From an uncultured delta proteobacterium (GTDB lineage Bacteria > Myxococcota_A > UBA9160 > SMWR01), in assembly GCA_963832165.1 (NCBI GenBank), contig CAWHTE010000011.1, positions 384,001-448,000 on the forward strand: a DNA stretch of 64,000 nucleotides, written 5' to 3'. The notes below the pieces were generated by a model. It was not told the origin of the DNA, searched no databases, and saw nothing but the letters and a program-made list of their open reading frames with translations. The position numbers and the translations under genes were made by a program. Each line of letters begins with the position of its first letter. The first letter of the stretch is position 1. Shown here in pieces: positions 20,750 through 30,934 of this stretch.

Positions 20750-21856
20750 TTAGGACGAGACTTCTCCGAGCGGGACCTCGGCGGTGTGCGTCTCGCCGTC
20801 GCGCTCGAACTCCACCTTGACCTTGTCGCCGGGCCGGAAGTCGTCGAGCACGTCGACGAGGTCGGCGAGTCGCAACACGGGCTTGTCCTGCACGCGCGTG
20901 ATCACGTCGAAACTGCGCAGGTTGCCGAGGCGGTCGACGCGCATCGAGAGCATGCCCGCCTTCGCGCCCGCCGAGTCGGGCTGCACGTCGCGCACGATCA
21001 CGCCGAGGATCCCCCACTGCGCGGCGATGTGATCCGGCAGCACCTGCACGCCGAGCCCGGCCCACTTCACGTGGCCGAACTCGATCAGCTGCGGGACCAG
21101 ACGCGCGATCGTCGCGGCGGGCACTGCGAAGCCGATGCCCGCGCTCGCGCCGCTCGTGCTGAAGATCGCGGTGGTCACGCCGATCACGCGCCCGTGCGAG
21201 TCGAGCAGGGGGCCGCCCGAATTGCCCGGATTGATCGAGGCATCGGTCTGGATCACGTCCTCGATGCGGGTGCCCGCCATCGACTCGATCTCGCGCCCGA
21301 GCGCGCTGATCACGCCCGTGGTGAGCGTCGAGTCGAGGCCGAACGGGTTGCCGATCGCGAGCACCTTCTGGCCCACGAGCAGCTGGTGCGAGTCGGCGAG
21401 CTTCACGGGCTGGAGCGGGTGATCGACCTCGATCTTGAGCACCGCGACGTCCTTGCGCGGCTCGACGCCGACGAGCTTGGCGTCGTAGGTGGTGCCGTCG
21501 AAGAGCGACACGCTGAACTTCTCGGCTCCGTGGACCACGTGGTAGTTGGTGACGATGTGGCCGCGCTCGTCCCAGATGAAGCCCGAGCCCGCGCCCCGCG
21601 GCGTCTCCTCGGGCTGAAACAGGAAGGCGCCGCGCGAGACCTTCGCATTGGCGACGTAGACGACCGACGGCGAGACCAGCCGGAACACTTCGATCGTATT
21701 GCGCTCGAACTCGAGCAGGTCGCCCGGAATCGGCGTCGGCTGCGCGACTCTCGGATCGCTGCCCGCGGGCTCCCCACAGTCCGCCGCGCACACCGCCGCG
21801 GCGAGCAGCGCGCACGAGAGCGCGCGGCGTGTGGACGGCGATCCGGCTGCGATCAC
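20750..21856 (-). CDS. HtrA/DegP-like trypsin serine protease with PDZ domain (start uncertain)
   Basis: GAGSGFIWD..GHIVTNYHVV, DVAVLKI, IQTDASINPGNSGGPLL, C-terminal PDZ. Confidence 0.9.
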   Translation of the reverse strand: MIAAGSPSTRRALSCALLAAAVCAADCGEPAGSDPRVAQPTPIPGDLLEFERNTIEVFRLVSPSVVYVANAKVSRGAFLFQPEETPRGAGSGFIWDERGHIVTNYHVVHGAEKFSVSLFDGTTYDAKLVGVEPRKDVAVLKIEVDHPLQPVKLADSHQLLVGQKVLAIGNPFGLDSTLTTGVISALGREIESMAGTRIEDVIQTDASINPGNSGGPLLDSHGRVIGVTTAIFSTSGASAGIGFAVPAATIARLVPQLIEFGHVKWAGLGVQVLPDHIAAQWGILGVIVRDVQPDSAGAKAGMLSMRVDRLGNLRSFDVITRVQDKPVLRLADLVDVLDDFRPGDKVKVEFERDGETHTAEVPLGEVSS

Positions 21857-21927
21857 GGGGCCTCCGATCGGGCCGCCAAAGGTAGCGCCCAGCGGCGCGC
21901 GCGCGGCGAGCGGCGCATGTTCTGCGC

Positions 21928-22914
21928 ATGATGCGTGCACTGCGGATCGCGCGCGCGGGCGCACCGCTCGCGCTCGACCAGATCCCGCAGCCCGAGCCCG
22001 GACCCGGCGAGCTGCGCCTGCGCGTCGGCGCGTGTGGGGTGTGCCGGACCGATCTCCATCTGCTCGACGGCGAGCTGCCGGGCGCCGCGGAGCCGATCAC
22101 GCCGGGGCACCAGATCGTGGGTCGCGTCGAGGCGCTCGGACCCGGCGCCGAGCGCTTCGCGATCGGCGATCGGGTCGGCGTGCCGTGGCTCGGTGCCACC
22201 TGCGGCGCGTGCCGCTTCTGCGCGAGCGACCGCGAGAACCTCTGCGATGCGGCCGTGTTCACGGGCTACGGGCGCGACGGCGGCTACGCCGAGTACGCCG
22301 TGGCCGACGCGCGCTTCTGTGTTCCGATTCCCGACTCGCTCGACGACGTCGCTGCGGCGCCGCTGCTGTGCGCGGGTGCGATCGGATACCGCTGCCTGCG
22401 CATGGCGGGCGATGCCGCGACGCTGGGCTTCTACGGCTTCGGCGCTGCAGCGCATCTCGCGATCCAGGTAGCGCGTCACTGGGGGCAGCGCGTCTTCGCG
22501 TTCACGCGCCCGGGCGATCTCGAGGCGCAGCAGTTCGCGCGCGAGCTCGGCGCGGAGTGGGCCGGGCCCTCCGACGAGCTGCCGCCCGAGCCGCTCGACG
22601 CGGCGATCCTGTTCGCTCCCGTCGGTGCGCTCGTGCCCGCGGCGCTGCGAGCCGTGGACAAAGGCGGGGCCGTGATCTGCGGCGGGATCCACATGAGCGA
22701 GATTCCCGCTTTTCCGTATCGGATCCTCTGGGAAGAGCGCGTGTTGCGCTCGGTCGCGAATCTCACGAGACGCGACGCGAGCGAGTTTCTCGCGCTCGCG
22801 CCGCAGATCCCGGTGCGGACGCAGACGCAGGTGTTTGCGCTGGAAGACGGCGCGCAGGCGCTCGCGCAGCTGCGCGCGGGCCGGCTGCGAGGCTCCGCGG
22901 TGATCGTGCCCTGA
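21928..22914 (+). CDS. Zinc-dependent alcohol dehydrogenase
   Basis: CGVCRTDLH, PGHQIVG, CGACRFC...ENLC, LLCAG. Confidence 0.92.
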   Translation: MMRALRIARAGAPLALDQIPQPEPGPGELRLRVGACGVCRTDLHLLDGELPGAAEPITPGHQIVGRVEALGPGAERFAIGDRVGVPWLGATCGACRFCASDRENLCDAAVFTGYGRDGGYAEYAVADARFCVPIPDSLDDVAAAPLLCAGAIGYRCLRMAGDAATLGFYGFGAAAHLAIQVARHWGQRVFAFTRPGDLEAQQFARELGAEWAGPSDELPPEPLDAAILFAPVGALVPAALRAVDKGGAVICGGIHMSEIPAFPYRILWEERVLRSVANLTRRDASEFLALAPQIPVRTQTQVFALEDGAQALAQLRAGRLRGSAVIVP

Positions 22915-23030
22915 CCGCGGGTCAAACGCGGTTCTGCGCGCCTGGGGATCGTGCTTCCCGCATTCCGTGAACCCGTTGTACCCTGTTGCCGCCCGGCCCC
23001 CCCCTCCGCCAAAGCCGCGTCGGAGCGACG

Positions 23031-25061
23031 ATGAACACCCCCCTCACACCCGCCCTGCGGGAGCGCGTCGAGCACACGATCCGTTTCCTCGCCGTGGATG
23101 CGGTGCAGCGCGCGAACTCGGGTCATCCCGGTGCGCCGATGGGTCTCGCGCGGCCGGTGTTCCAGCTCTGGGACAGTCACCTGCGCTTCGATCCGAGCGA
23201 TCCCGACTGGCCGCTGCGCGACCGCTTCCTGCTCTCGAACGGCCACGCTTCGATGCTCTTGTACTCGCTGCTCCATCTCTACGAGTACGCGGTATCGCTC
23301 GACGACCTCGCGAGCTTCCGACAGCTCCACTCGAAGACGCCGGGTCATCCCGAGCGCGGCGATACGCCCGGCATCGAGGTCACGACGGGTCCGCTCGGGC
23401 AGGGCTTCGCGAACGGCGTCGGGATGGCGCTTGCGGCCCGCGCCACGCGCGCGCGCTTCGCGGGTGCAGACGGCGGGCCCGGCAACCACTTCGTGTACGG
23501 GGTGGTCAGCGACGGCGATCTCATGGAGGGGATCTCGGCCGAGGCGGGCTCGCTCGCGGGCCACTGGCGCCTCGGCAACCTGATCTACCTCTACGACGAC
23601 AACCAGATCACGATCGACGGCCCGACTTCGCTGTGCTTCTCGGAGGACGTGCGCGGGCGCTTCGAGGCGCAGCACTGGCACGTGCAGGAGATCGACGGCG
23701 AGGACGTGGGCGCGCTCGACACCGCGCTCGCGAGCGCGCGCGCGGAGACCGAGCGGCCCTCGATGATCATCACGCGCACCGTGATCGGGCGCGGCAGCGC
23801 GGTGGCGGGACAATCGAAGGCGCACGGATCGCCGCTCGGCGCCGACAACGCGCGCGACGCGAAGGCCCGGGTCGGCTGGCCCGAGCGCGAGCTCTATGTG
23901 CCCGACGACGTCCGCGCCTACTTCGTGGAGCGCGCCGCGCAGAAGCGGGCCGATCGCCGCGAGCGCGACGCTCGACTCGCGAGCTGGCGGACCGCACAGC
24001 CCGCCGCGGCCACCGCGTGGGATGCCGCGCGCACGCGCCGCGTCCCGGACGATCTCGACGCGCGGCTCACCGACGGTCGCGAGAGCGTGGCCGACGCCAC
24101 GCGCAACCACGGCGCGGTGATGCTGGAGCGGCTCGCCGAGGCGACGCCCTATCTGATCGGCGGCTCCGCCGATCTGGCGGGCTCCAACGCCCCCCCGATC
24201 CTCAAGGGGAAGGGCACGCTCGGCGACACCTCGAGCGGCGCCGACTTCTACGCGGGTACCAACATCCACTTCGGCGTGCGCGAGCACGCGATGGGTGCGA
24301 TCACGAACGGAATCGCACTCGACGGCACGCTGCGGCCCTACTGCGGCACGTTCCTGATCTTCAGCGACTATCTGCGTCCGTCGCTGCGGCTCGCTGCGCT
24401 CATGCGCGTGCCGTCGCTGTTCGTGTTCACGCACGACAGCATCTATCTCGGCGAGGACGGTCCCACGCACCAGCCGATCGAGCACCTCGACGCGCTGCGC
24501 GCGATTCCGAACGTGCACCTGTTCCGGCCCGCCGACGGCCTCGAAACGGCCGCGGCGTACGCGTGGATCGCGCGACACACGGCCGGCCCGTCGGTCCTGG
24601 CGCTATCGCGCCAGAAGCTGCCCGCGCTCCCGCGCGCGCGCGCGTTCGCCGTCGCCGACGTGGCTCGCGGCGCCTACGCGGTGCGCGACCCCGAGAACCC
24701 GAAGGTCGTGCTCGTGGCGAGCGGATCCGAGGTATCGCTCGCGTGCGACGCTGCGGAGAAGCTGCACGCCGAGAACGTGCCCGCCCGTGTGGTGTCGCTG
24801 CCGTGTCTCGAGCTGTTCAACGCGCAGCCCAAAGCGTGGCGCGACGCGCTGATTCCGGCGCAGTCGCTGCCCGTGGTGGCGATCGAGGCCGCGCGCGGCC
24901 AGAGCCTGCGCGGGCTGGTCGGGGATCGCGGGCTCGTCTACGGGATCGACCGCTTCGGTGCGTCGGCTCCCTACACCGACCTCGCGGAGTTCTTCGGGTA
25001 TACGCCCGACCGCGTGTGTGCGCGCGTGCTCGAGCATCTGCGCTCGACGGACAAGGAATAG
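23031..25061 (+). CDS. tkt: Transketolase
   Basis: [58 protein letters not shown]. Confidence 0.96.
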   Translation: MNTPLTPALRERVEHTIRFLAVDAVQRANSGHPGAPMGLARPVFQLWDSHLRFDPSDPDWPLRDRFLLSNGHASMLLYSLLHLYEYAVSLDDLASFRQLHSKTPGHPERGDTPGIEVTTGPLGQGFANGVGMALAARATRARFAGADGGPGNHFVYGVVSDGDLMEGISAEAGSLAGHWRLGNLIYLYDDNQITIDGPTSLCFSEDVRGRFEAQHWHVQEIDGEDVGALDTALASARAETERPSMIITRTVIGRGSAVAGQSKAHGSPLGADNARDAKARVGWPERELYVPDDVRAYFVERAAQKRADRRERDARLASWRTAQPAAATAWDAARTRRVPDDLDARLTDGRESVADATRNHGAVMLERLAEATPYLIGGSADLAGSNAPPILKGKGTLGDTSSGADFYAGTNIHFGVREHAMGAITNGIALDGTLRPYCGTFLIFSDYLRPSLRLAALMRVPSLFVFTHDSIYLGEDGPTHQPIEHLDALRAIPNVHLFRPADGLETAAAYAWIARHTAGPSVLALSRQKLPALPRARAFAVADVARGAYAVRDPENPKVVLVASGSEVSLACDAAEKLHAENVPARVVSLPCLELFNAQPKAWRDALIPAQSLPVVAIEAARGQSLRGLVGDRGLVYGIDRFGASAPYTDLAEFFGYTPDRVCARVLEHLRSTDKE

Positions 25062-25071
25062 CTGGGACGGG

Positions 25072-25419
25072 ATGGAGCCCGGGGGGGTGCCAGAATGTTG
25101 TCGATGTCGCCGATTGCGAGTTGCGGGCTACACGGGGGTCGCCCTCGTGGTGCTCGCGTGGCTGTTCGTTTCGTTCACGGATCCGAGCCCGAAGCGCACC
25201 GTCGTCGAATGGTTTGGCGCGTGCGGTCTCTATCTCGCGCTCGTGAGCCTGTTCACGAACCTCTCGCTGCGCGCGCAGGAATCGGGCAGCACGGCGGGGC
25301 TCGTCGCATTCGGCTTCCTGCTCGCGCTGTTCGGCAGCGGACTCGTGGTGAGCCTCGTGCAGACGCTGCTCGCGTTCCGCGCACCGAGCGGCCGCGCTTC
25401 CGCAGACGCGACGCACTAG
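25072..25419 (+). CDS. Small membrane protein, hypothetical (start uncertain)
   Basis: Three to four hydrophobic segments (GVALVVLAWLFVSF; GLYLALVSLF; GLVAFGFLLALFGSGLVVSLV). Confidence 0.55.
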   Translation: MEPGGVPECCRCRRLRVAGYTGVALVVLAWLFVSFTDPSPKRTVVEWFGACGLYLALVSLFTNLSLRAQESGSTAGLVAFGFLLALFGSGLVVSLVQTLLAFRAPSGRASADATH

Positions 25420-26760
25420 CCAGCGGTCCGGATCACCACCTTCGCGACGCCCTTCACGTTCGCGCACGCGATCGGATCCGGAGAGGCCTCCTGGGGGATC
25501 AAGAGGCGGAACGGGCCGCCTTGATCCGGTGGAAGCGGCGCGTCCGCGAGGCTGTGGAGCAGGACGCCCTGCCGCAGCACCGACAGCGCGACCGGCTCGC
25601 TCGCGAAGCCGTCGCCGGCCACGATCACGGCGCTGCCCGCGTCGGGAATGGCCAGCGCCTCGAATAGCGGATCGAGGCGCGCGGCGGCGCCGCTGCGTTT
25701 GGGGAAGTGCGCCGAGACGTCGGCGATGCCGCCGGGCAGCCCGACGAGCTCGGCGCGGTCGACGAGATGGACGCGCCCGTCCGGAAGAACGAACTCGATC
25801 CGGTTGGGATCGCGGTGGAGCTCCTCGTCGCGCAGCACGGCACCGGAGAGCTGGCTGTCGATCCGATCGAGCATCGCTTCCACGCCGCGCACGATCGCGT
25901 CGCAGCGGCTGTCGCGGCGGAACGAGGTGAGGCGGTCGTGCAGCACGCCGCCCGCGATCTCGAGCCGGGAGACGCCTTCCTCGGTGCGGAAGATCCCCTT
26001 GAAGCGCGCGACGGCCGGGTCGGCGGCGAGCGCGCCGAGCGCATCGCGCAGGCGCTGACCCGAGAACACGACCTCGGGCGACCAGCGCCACGAGCGCGCG
26101 TGGTGCCCCTCGGTCGAAGGGGCATCGTGGTGACGTGGAGTGGCTCGCGGTGCCGCTCGCTGCGCGGACCTTCGCCGGCGGCCAATCGAGCAGGGCTCTG
26201 CGGCAGCATGCCGTGCTGCGTGTCGGAGCACGGCAAGCGGCGCGGGCCAGAGCTCCGCGGCATAGCGATCGAACGCGGCGAGCTCGGCCTCGCTCGCGAG
26301 ATCGGTGCGATTGGCGACGAGCACGTCCGCGACCTGGGCCTGTTCGCGCAGCAGCGCGGACGACTCGTCGGCCGCGAGCTGGTGCGGGTCCACGAGCACG
26401 ACGACGGGCGCGATCTCGAGCGCCTCGCCGTGCGGACAGCGCCGGATCGTGTCGATCAGGTCCTGGGGCCGCGCGAGCCCGGTGGGCTCGATCACGAGCC
26501 GGTCCGGCCGCTGCGCGAGCACCGCGCCGAGCGCGTCGACGAAGCCCTCGGGCGCCGTGCAGCACACGCAGCCGCCCGGGATGTTCGTGATCCGGAACGG
26601 CTCGCCCTCGGCGAGCACTTCTTCGTCGAAGGCGGCCTCGCCGAAGTCGTTCACGATCACGGCGACGCGCTCGCCCTTGCGCGCATCGAGCTGCGCGCGG
26701 ATCGCGGTCGTCTTGCCGGCTCCGAGGAAGCCCGGAAAAGATCTGGACCGGGATCCGCAT
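25416..26760 (-). CDS. COG0523/CobW-family metallochaperone GTPase with C-terminal molybdopterin-oxidoreductase-like domain (frameshifts near 26730 and 26130-26220)
   Basis: Reconstructed FSGFLGAGKTT Walker A, IVNDFGE, GGCVCC, IEPTGLARP, ANRTD, ARFKGIF; tail PLPPDQGGPFRLLIP...NVKGV. Confidence 0.8.
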
Positions 26761-27819
26761 CTAACCGCGCCGCTTGCGCACGGCCTCGGCGAGCTCGTTG
26801 AACAGCGGCTCGGTGCGCTCCCAGCTCATGCACTTGTCGGTGATGCTCTGGCCGTAGACGAGCGCGCCCTGCGCCTTCTCGTGGTTCTGGTTGCCGTCCA
26901 CGAGGAAGCTCTCGAGCATGAGGCCGAAGATCGCGCTGCTGCCGTCGGCGACCTGCTTGGCGATCTCGCTCACCACGAGCGGCTGGCGCTGGTGGTCTTT
27001 GTTGCTGTTCGCGTGGCTGCAGTCGATCATGAGGCGGCCGGGCAGACCCGCGCTCTCGAGATGCGCGACCACGCGCGCGACGTCGTCGGCGCTGTAGTTC
27101 GGCCCCGTGTCGCCGCCGCGCAGGATCACGTGGCACTCGGGGTTGCCCCGCGTCGAGACGATCGCGGCGCCGCCCTGCTTGGTCACCGACAGGAAATGGT
27201 GCGGGTGGTACGCCGAGCGGATCCCGTCGATCGCCACCTGTACACCGCCGCCGGTGCCGTTCTTGAATCCGACCGGCATCGACAGGCCCGATGCGAGCTC
27301 GCGGTGTACCTGGCTCTCGGACGTGCGCGCACCGATCGCGCCCCACGAGATCAGGTCGGCGATGAACTGCGGCGTGATCGGATCGAGGAACTCGGTGCCG
27401 GTGGGGAGACCGACCTCGAGCACGTCGAGCAGGAAGCGGCGCGCGCGGCGCAGGCCCTCGTTGATGTTGAACTTGCCGTCGAGCGTGGGGTCGTTGATCA
27501 GCCCCTTCCAGCCGACCGTGGTGCGCGGCTTCTCGAAATAGACGCGCATCACGATCAAGAGGTCGTCGCGGAAGCTCTGGCTGATGCGAGCGAGGCGCTG
27601 CGCGTAGTCGAGACCCGCGATCGGGTCGTGCACCGAGCAGGGCCCGACCACGACCAGCAGCCGGTCGTCCTGGCCCGCGAGCACCTGGCCGATCTCGCTG
27701 CGGCTCTGCCACACCAGCGTGGAGGCCTGCTCGCCGACCGGCAGCTCCTCCATCAGGATCGCGGGCGGGATCAGCGGCCGCAGCTCCTGGATTCGCAGGT
27801 CGTCGATTCGGTGCTTCAT
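26761..27819 (-). CDS. aroG: Class I (AroF/G/H-type) DAHP synthase
   Basis: VGPCSVHD, MRVYFEKPRTTVGWKGLINDP, GAIGARTSESQVHRELASGLS.PVGFKNGT, IDCSHANS, YGQSITD.C. Confidence 0.93.
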   Translation of the reverse strand: MKHRIDDLRIQELRPLIPPAILMEELPVGEQASTLVWQSRSEIGQVLAGQDDRLLVVVGPCSVHDPIAGLDYAQRLARISQSFRDDLLIVMRVYFEKPRTTVGWKGLINDPTLDGKFNINEGLRRARRFLLDVLEVGLPTGTEFLDPITPQFIADLISWGAIGARTSESQVHRELASGLSMPVGFKNGTGGGVQVAIDGIRSAYHPHHFLSVTKQGGAAIVSTRGNPECHVILRGGDTGPNYSADDVARVVAHLESAGLPGRLMIDCSHANSNKDHQRQPLVVSEIAKQVADGSSAIFGLMLESFLVDGNQNHEKAQGALVYGQSITDKCMSWERTEPLFNELAEAVRKRRG

Positions 27820-27989
27820 GGGGGGATCAAATTACCGCAAAAGCGCAATGGCCGTTCGGGTTGGGGTGTCCCGGGTGAGTTGCGCTGGAAGCGCGCCGGT
27901 GACAGTGGCAAGCTCCGGCCGCGATCGGGCCTCGGCCTGACCGCGGGCGATCGAGACCTTCGGGCGATCCGCCTACAGGGGGAATAACG

Positions 27990-28226
27990 GTGGTGGAGCG
28001 AGTGCCTGCGAGCGGATCCTGCATCCGGTGCCAGCGGTCCCTCGGGCTCGCCTCCATCAAGCGCGGGGAGGAGTGGTACGGCAGTGTCGCGTGCGCCGAA
28101 GGGCGCGACTGCCCGTTCGACACCCGCGATCCCCAGGTGGATGAGCTGGCGCTCTACAGCCGACCGCGGCGCTTCTACGCGCAGCGCGCGCCCAAGGAGC
28201 TCAACGGTACTGCGCGGAGCCGTTAG
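27990..28226 (+). CDS. Small Cys-containing hypothetical protein
   Basis: CIRC...WYGSVACAEGRDC; GGGGA RBS; fills the gap between aroG and arnT. Confidence 0.55.
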   Translation: MVERVPASGSCIRCQRSLGLASIKRGEEWYGSVACAEGRDCPFDTRDPQVDELALYSRPRRFYAQRAPKELNGTARSR

Positions 28227-29839
28227 TCCGCGAGCAGCGCAGAGGGCTCGACCGGAGACAGCGACGTCGCGACCTCGGGCGAGATCGCGAACAGCGCATA
28301 GTCGTCGTCGGCTGCGTGCCACGTCTCCTGGAGGACCGCGCTGCTGCCGAGCTCGGCGGTGATGCGTTCACGCAGGGGCAACGGCGCCAGCAGGAAGCGG
28401 GCCCGGCTCTGTGCGACTTGCAGCGCCAGTTGGTCGGGATCATAGGAATAGGCCGGGATCCGGCCGGTGTAGAACGGCAGCGCTCCGAGCACGGATTCCT
28501 CGGGCAGCAGCACCACCAGGGTCTCGGCGCCGGTTCGTTGGCCTACCGCGCGGGCCATCGGCCCGAGATCGCGGTCGCGGCCCACGAAACGGAGCCCGAT
28601 CGCGTTCCACGCGATCACGACCGCGAATGCGATCGCGGCCACGCGATACGGCGCGCCGCATGCGCTCGCGACGGCATCCGCGCTGTCGACCCGAACGATC
28701 CGCGCGCATAGCGCGATCACCGCGGCCTCGACGCGCGTGCGATGCGCGTCGGGGCGCGCGACGGCCGCGATCCACGCGCCGATCGCCACCGCGAGCGGCG
28801 CCTCGAACGGCAGCAGGTAGAGCCCGCGCTTGGTGCCCGGGATCGACAGCAGAAGCACCCCGATCGGGAACACCCAGGCGAGGAAGTACAGCGCAGGCAT
28901 GCGCCATCGGGACGGCCCTTGGCCGCGCCAGAGCCACGCCGCTGTCGCCGGCACGAACAACGCGATCCAGCCGAGTTGGCCGGGCACTTTCGGGAGGTAA
29001 TACCAGAACGGATTCTCGTGTCCGCCGATGTATCGGTCGACACCGGCACCGGGTGCGATCCGGTACCAGCCGTTGTTCACGAGAAACGTGCGAGCGGCGT
29101 CTTCGCCGCCCTGGTGATGGAGCAGGAGCGGCCACGCTGCGCACGCGGCGGCGAGCAGCGGAAGCCCCGCGAGATGCACCGGCGACAAGACGACGTGCCA
29201 GCGCCGAGCGCACAGCGCGTCGAGTGCGAGCGGCCCTCCGATCGCGATGACGCCGATCGGGCCCTTCACCCAGAACGCGAGCGCAGCCGCGAGGTACACC
29301 GCCAGGAGCCAGCCCGGTTGGGGTCGGAGGGTCCGGCTCTCCGCGACGCCGCGCGATGCCCCCCAGACCGCTTGCACGTAGGCGTAGTACCCGCCCATCA
29401 CGAATAGCGCGAGCGACGGATCGACCACCGCGCGGTGGGTGTAGCGCGCGAAGCCCGCAATCCCGATCAGCGCGAACAGCGCCGGGATCCCCGCGCTGCG
29501 GTCGGCCACGCGGCGCGCGAGCGAGAACACGAGCAGCGCCGTGAGCAGCCCGGCGATCGCGCCGGGCAGCCGTGCGACGCCTGCCGAGGCGCCGAGATGT
29601 CGAATGAACGCACCGCTCAGCGCATAATGAAGCGGCGGATGCTCGAGGAACGGCACGCCGGCCAGATGCGGAACCCACCACTGCCCGGTGTGCTGCATCT
29701 CCCAGGCGATTCCCGCGACGCGCGGCTCGTCGGTGGCCTGGAGCGGGCGGCTCGTGAGCCCCGTGAACGCGAACAGCGCCGCGAGCGCAATCGCGATGCA
29801 CCAATCCTGCGCACGCGTGGTGTTCGTCGTGTCCGACAT
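28223..29839 (-). CDS. arnT: ArnT-like GT-C (family 39/83) glycosyltransferase
   Basis: DEPRVAGIAWEM...WWVPHLAGVPFLEHPPL, KGPIG, HENPFWYYL, KRGLYLLP; last gene of the arn operon. Confidence 0.8.
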   Translation of the reverse strand: MSDTTNTTRAQDWCIAIALAALFAFTGLTSRPLQATDEPRVAGIAWEMQHTGQWWVPHLAGVPFLEHPPLHYALSGAFIRHLGASAGVARLPGAIAGLLTALLVFSLARRVADRSAGIPALFALIGIAGFARYTHRAVVDPSLALFVMGGYYAYVQAVWGASRGVAESRTLRPQPGWLLAVYLAAALAFWVKGPIGVIAIGGPLALDALCARRWHVVLSPVHLAGLPLLAAACAAWPLLLHHQGGEDAARTFLVNNGWYRIAPGAGVDRYIGGHENPFWYYLPKVPGQLGWIALFVPATAAWLWRGQGPSRWRMPALYFLAWVFPIGVLLLSIPGTKRGLYLLPFEAPLAVAIGAWIAAVARPDAHRTRVEAAVIALCARIVRVDSADAVASACGAPYRVAAIAFAVVIAWNAIGLRFVGRDRDLGPMARAVGQRTGAETLVVLLPEESVLGALPFYTGRIPAYSYDPDQLALQVAQSRARFLLAPLPLRERITAELGSSAVLQETWHAADDDYALFAISPEVATSLSPVEPSALLAD

Positions 29840-29847
29840 GTCGTTGG

Positions 29848-30870
29848 CTACGGCGAAGCGGCGCTGACGTAGTGCCGCACCGTGTGCGTCAGCGCATCAC
29901 GAAGCGAATAGCGCGGCTCCCAGCCCAGGTGCTCGCGCGCGTTGGTGATGTCAGGAACGCGCGTGTAGATGTCCTGATAGCCCTCGCCGTAGTAGTCCTC
30001 GGACGCCACCTTCTCGATCACGGCGGTCTGCCGGATCGTCTTCCAGCGATCGAAGCCGGACAGAATGTCGATCAGGAGATTCGCGAGCTCGGCGATCGAG
30101 CAGTCGTTGCGCGGATTGCCGATGTTCAAGATCCGACCGTCGGCGCGACCGCCGTCGTTGCGCAGGATCCTCATCAGCGCGTCGACGCCGTCGCGGATGT
30201 CGGTGATGCAGCGCCGCTGCGAGCCTCCGTCCACGAGGCGCACGGGCTCGCCGCGCATCAGGTGGCCGAGGAACTGCGTCACCACGCGGCTGCTGCCCTC
30301 CTTCGCGGTCTCGATGTGGTCGAGATTCGGGCCCACCCAGTTGAACGGGCGGAACAACGTGAAGCGCAGCCCCTCCTGCTTGCCGTACGCCCAGATCACC
30401 CGATCGAGCAGCTGCTTCGAGCAGGAGTAGATCCAGCGGTGCTTCGAGATCGGCCCCAGCACGAGGTTCGAGGTCTCCTCGTTGAAGGCATCGTCTTCGC
30501 ACATCCCGTAGATCTCCGAGGTCGACGGGAACACCACGCGCGTGCCGTACTTGAGCGCATAGCGCACGACGCGCAGGTTCTCCTCGAAGTCGAGCTCGAA
30601 GACGCGCAGCGGGTTCTGGACGTAGTCGCGCGGCGTCGCGATCGCGACGAGCGGCAGCACGACGGCGCATTTCTTGACGTGGTACTCGATCCACTCGCGA
30701 TTGATCCCGATGTCGCCCTCGATGAAATGGAAGCGCGGATGTCCGAGCTGCTCGGCGATCCGATCGTCGCCGATGTCCAGGCCGTAGACCTGCCAGCTCG
30801 TGTCGGCGAGGATCCGGCGCGTGAGCGAGTGGCCGATGAAGCCGTTCACGCCGAGGATGAGGATTTTCAC
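29848..30870 (-). CDS. arnA: UDP-glucuronate dehydrogenase/decarboxylase (ArnA C-terminal domain, stand-alone)
   Basis: ILGVNGFIG, EWIEYHVKKC.VVLPLVAIATP, FELDFEENL, RWIYSCSKQLLDRVIWAYG, FRPFNW.GP. Confidence 0.93.
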   Translation of the reverse strand: MKILILGVNGFIGHSLTRRILADTSWQVYGLDIGDDRIAEQLGHPRFHFIEGDIGINREWIEYHVKKCAVVLPLVAIATPRDYVQNPLRVFELDFEENLRVVRYALKYGTRVVFPSTSEIYGMCEDDAFNEETSNLVLGPISKHRWIYSCSKQLLDRVIWAYGKQEGLRFTLFRPFNWVGPNLDHIETAKEGSSRVVTQFLGHLMRGEPVRLVDGGSQRRCITDIRDGVDALMRILRNDGGRADGRILNIGNPRNDCSIAELANLLIDILSGFDRWKTIRQTAVIEKVASEDYYGEGYQDIYTRVPDITNAREHLGWEPRYSLRDALTHTVRHYVSAASP

Positions 30871-30934
30871 GGGCGCTCCGTTTCGCCATGGAGATTCCCT
30901 AGCGCGCCGCGCCCCGTCGAGTACTTGTGCGCGT

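Noticed and set aside
30871..30934. Split arnA as a sequencing artefact of a fused gene
   Set aside because: The formyltransferase ends with a normal stop, and the decarboxylase has its own RBS and start after a spacer.
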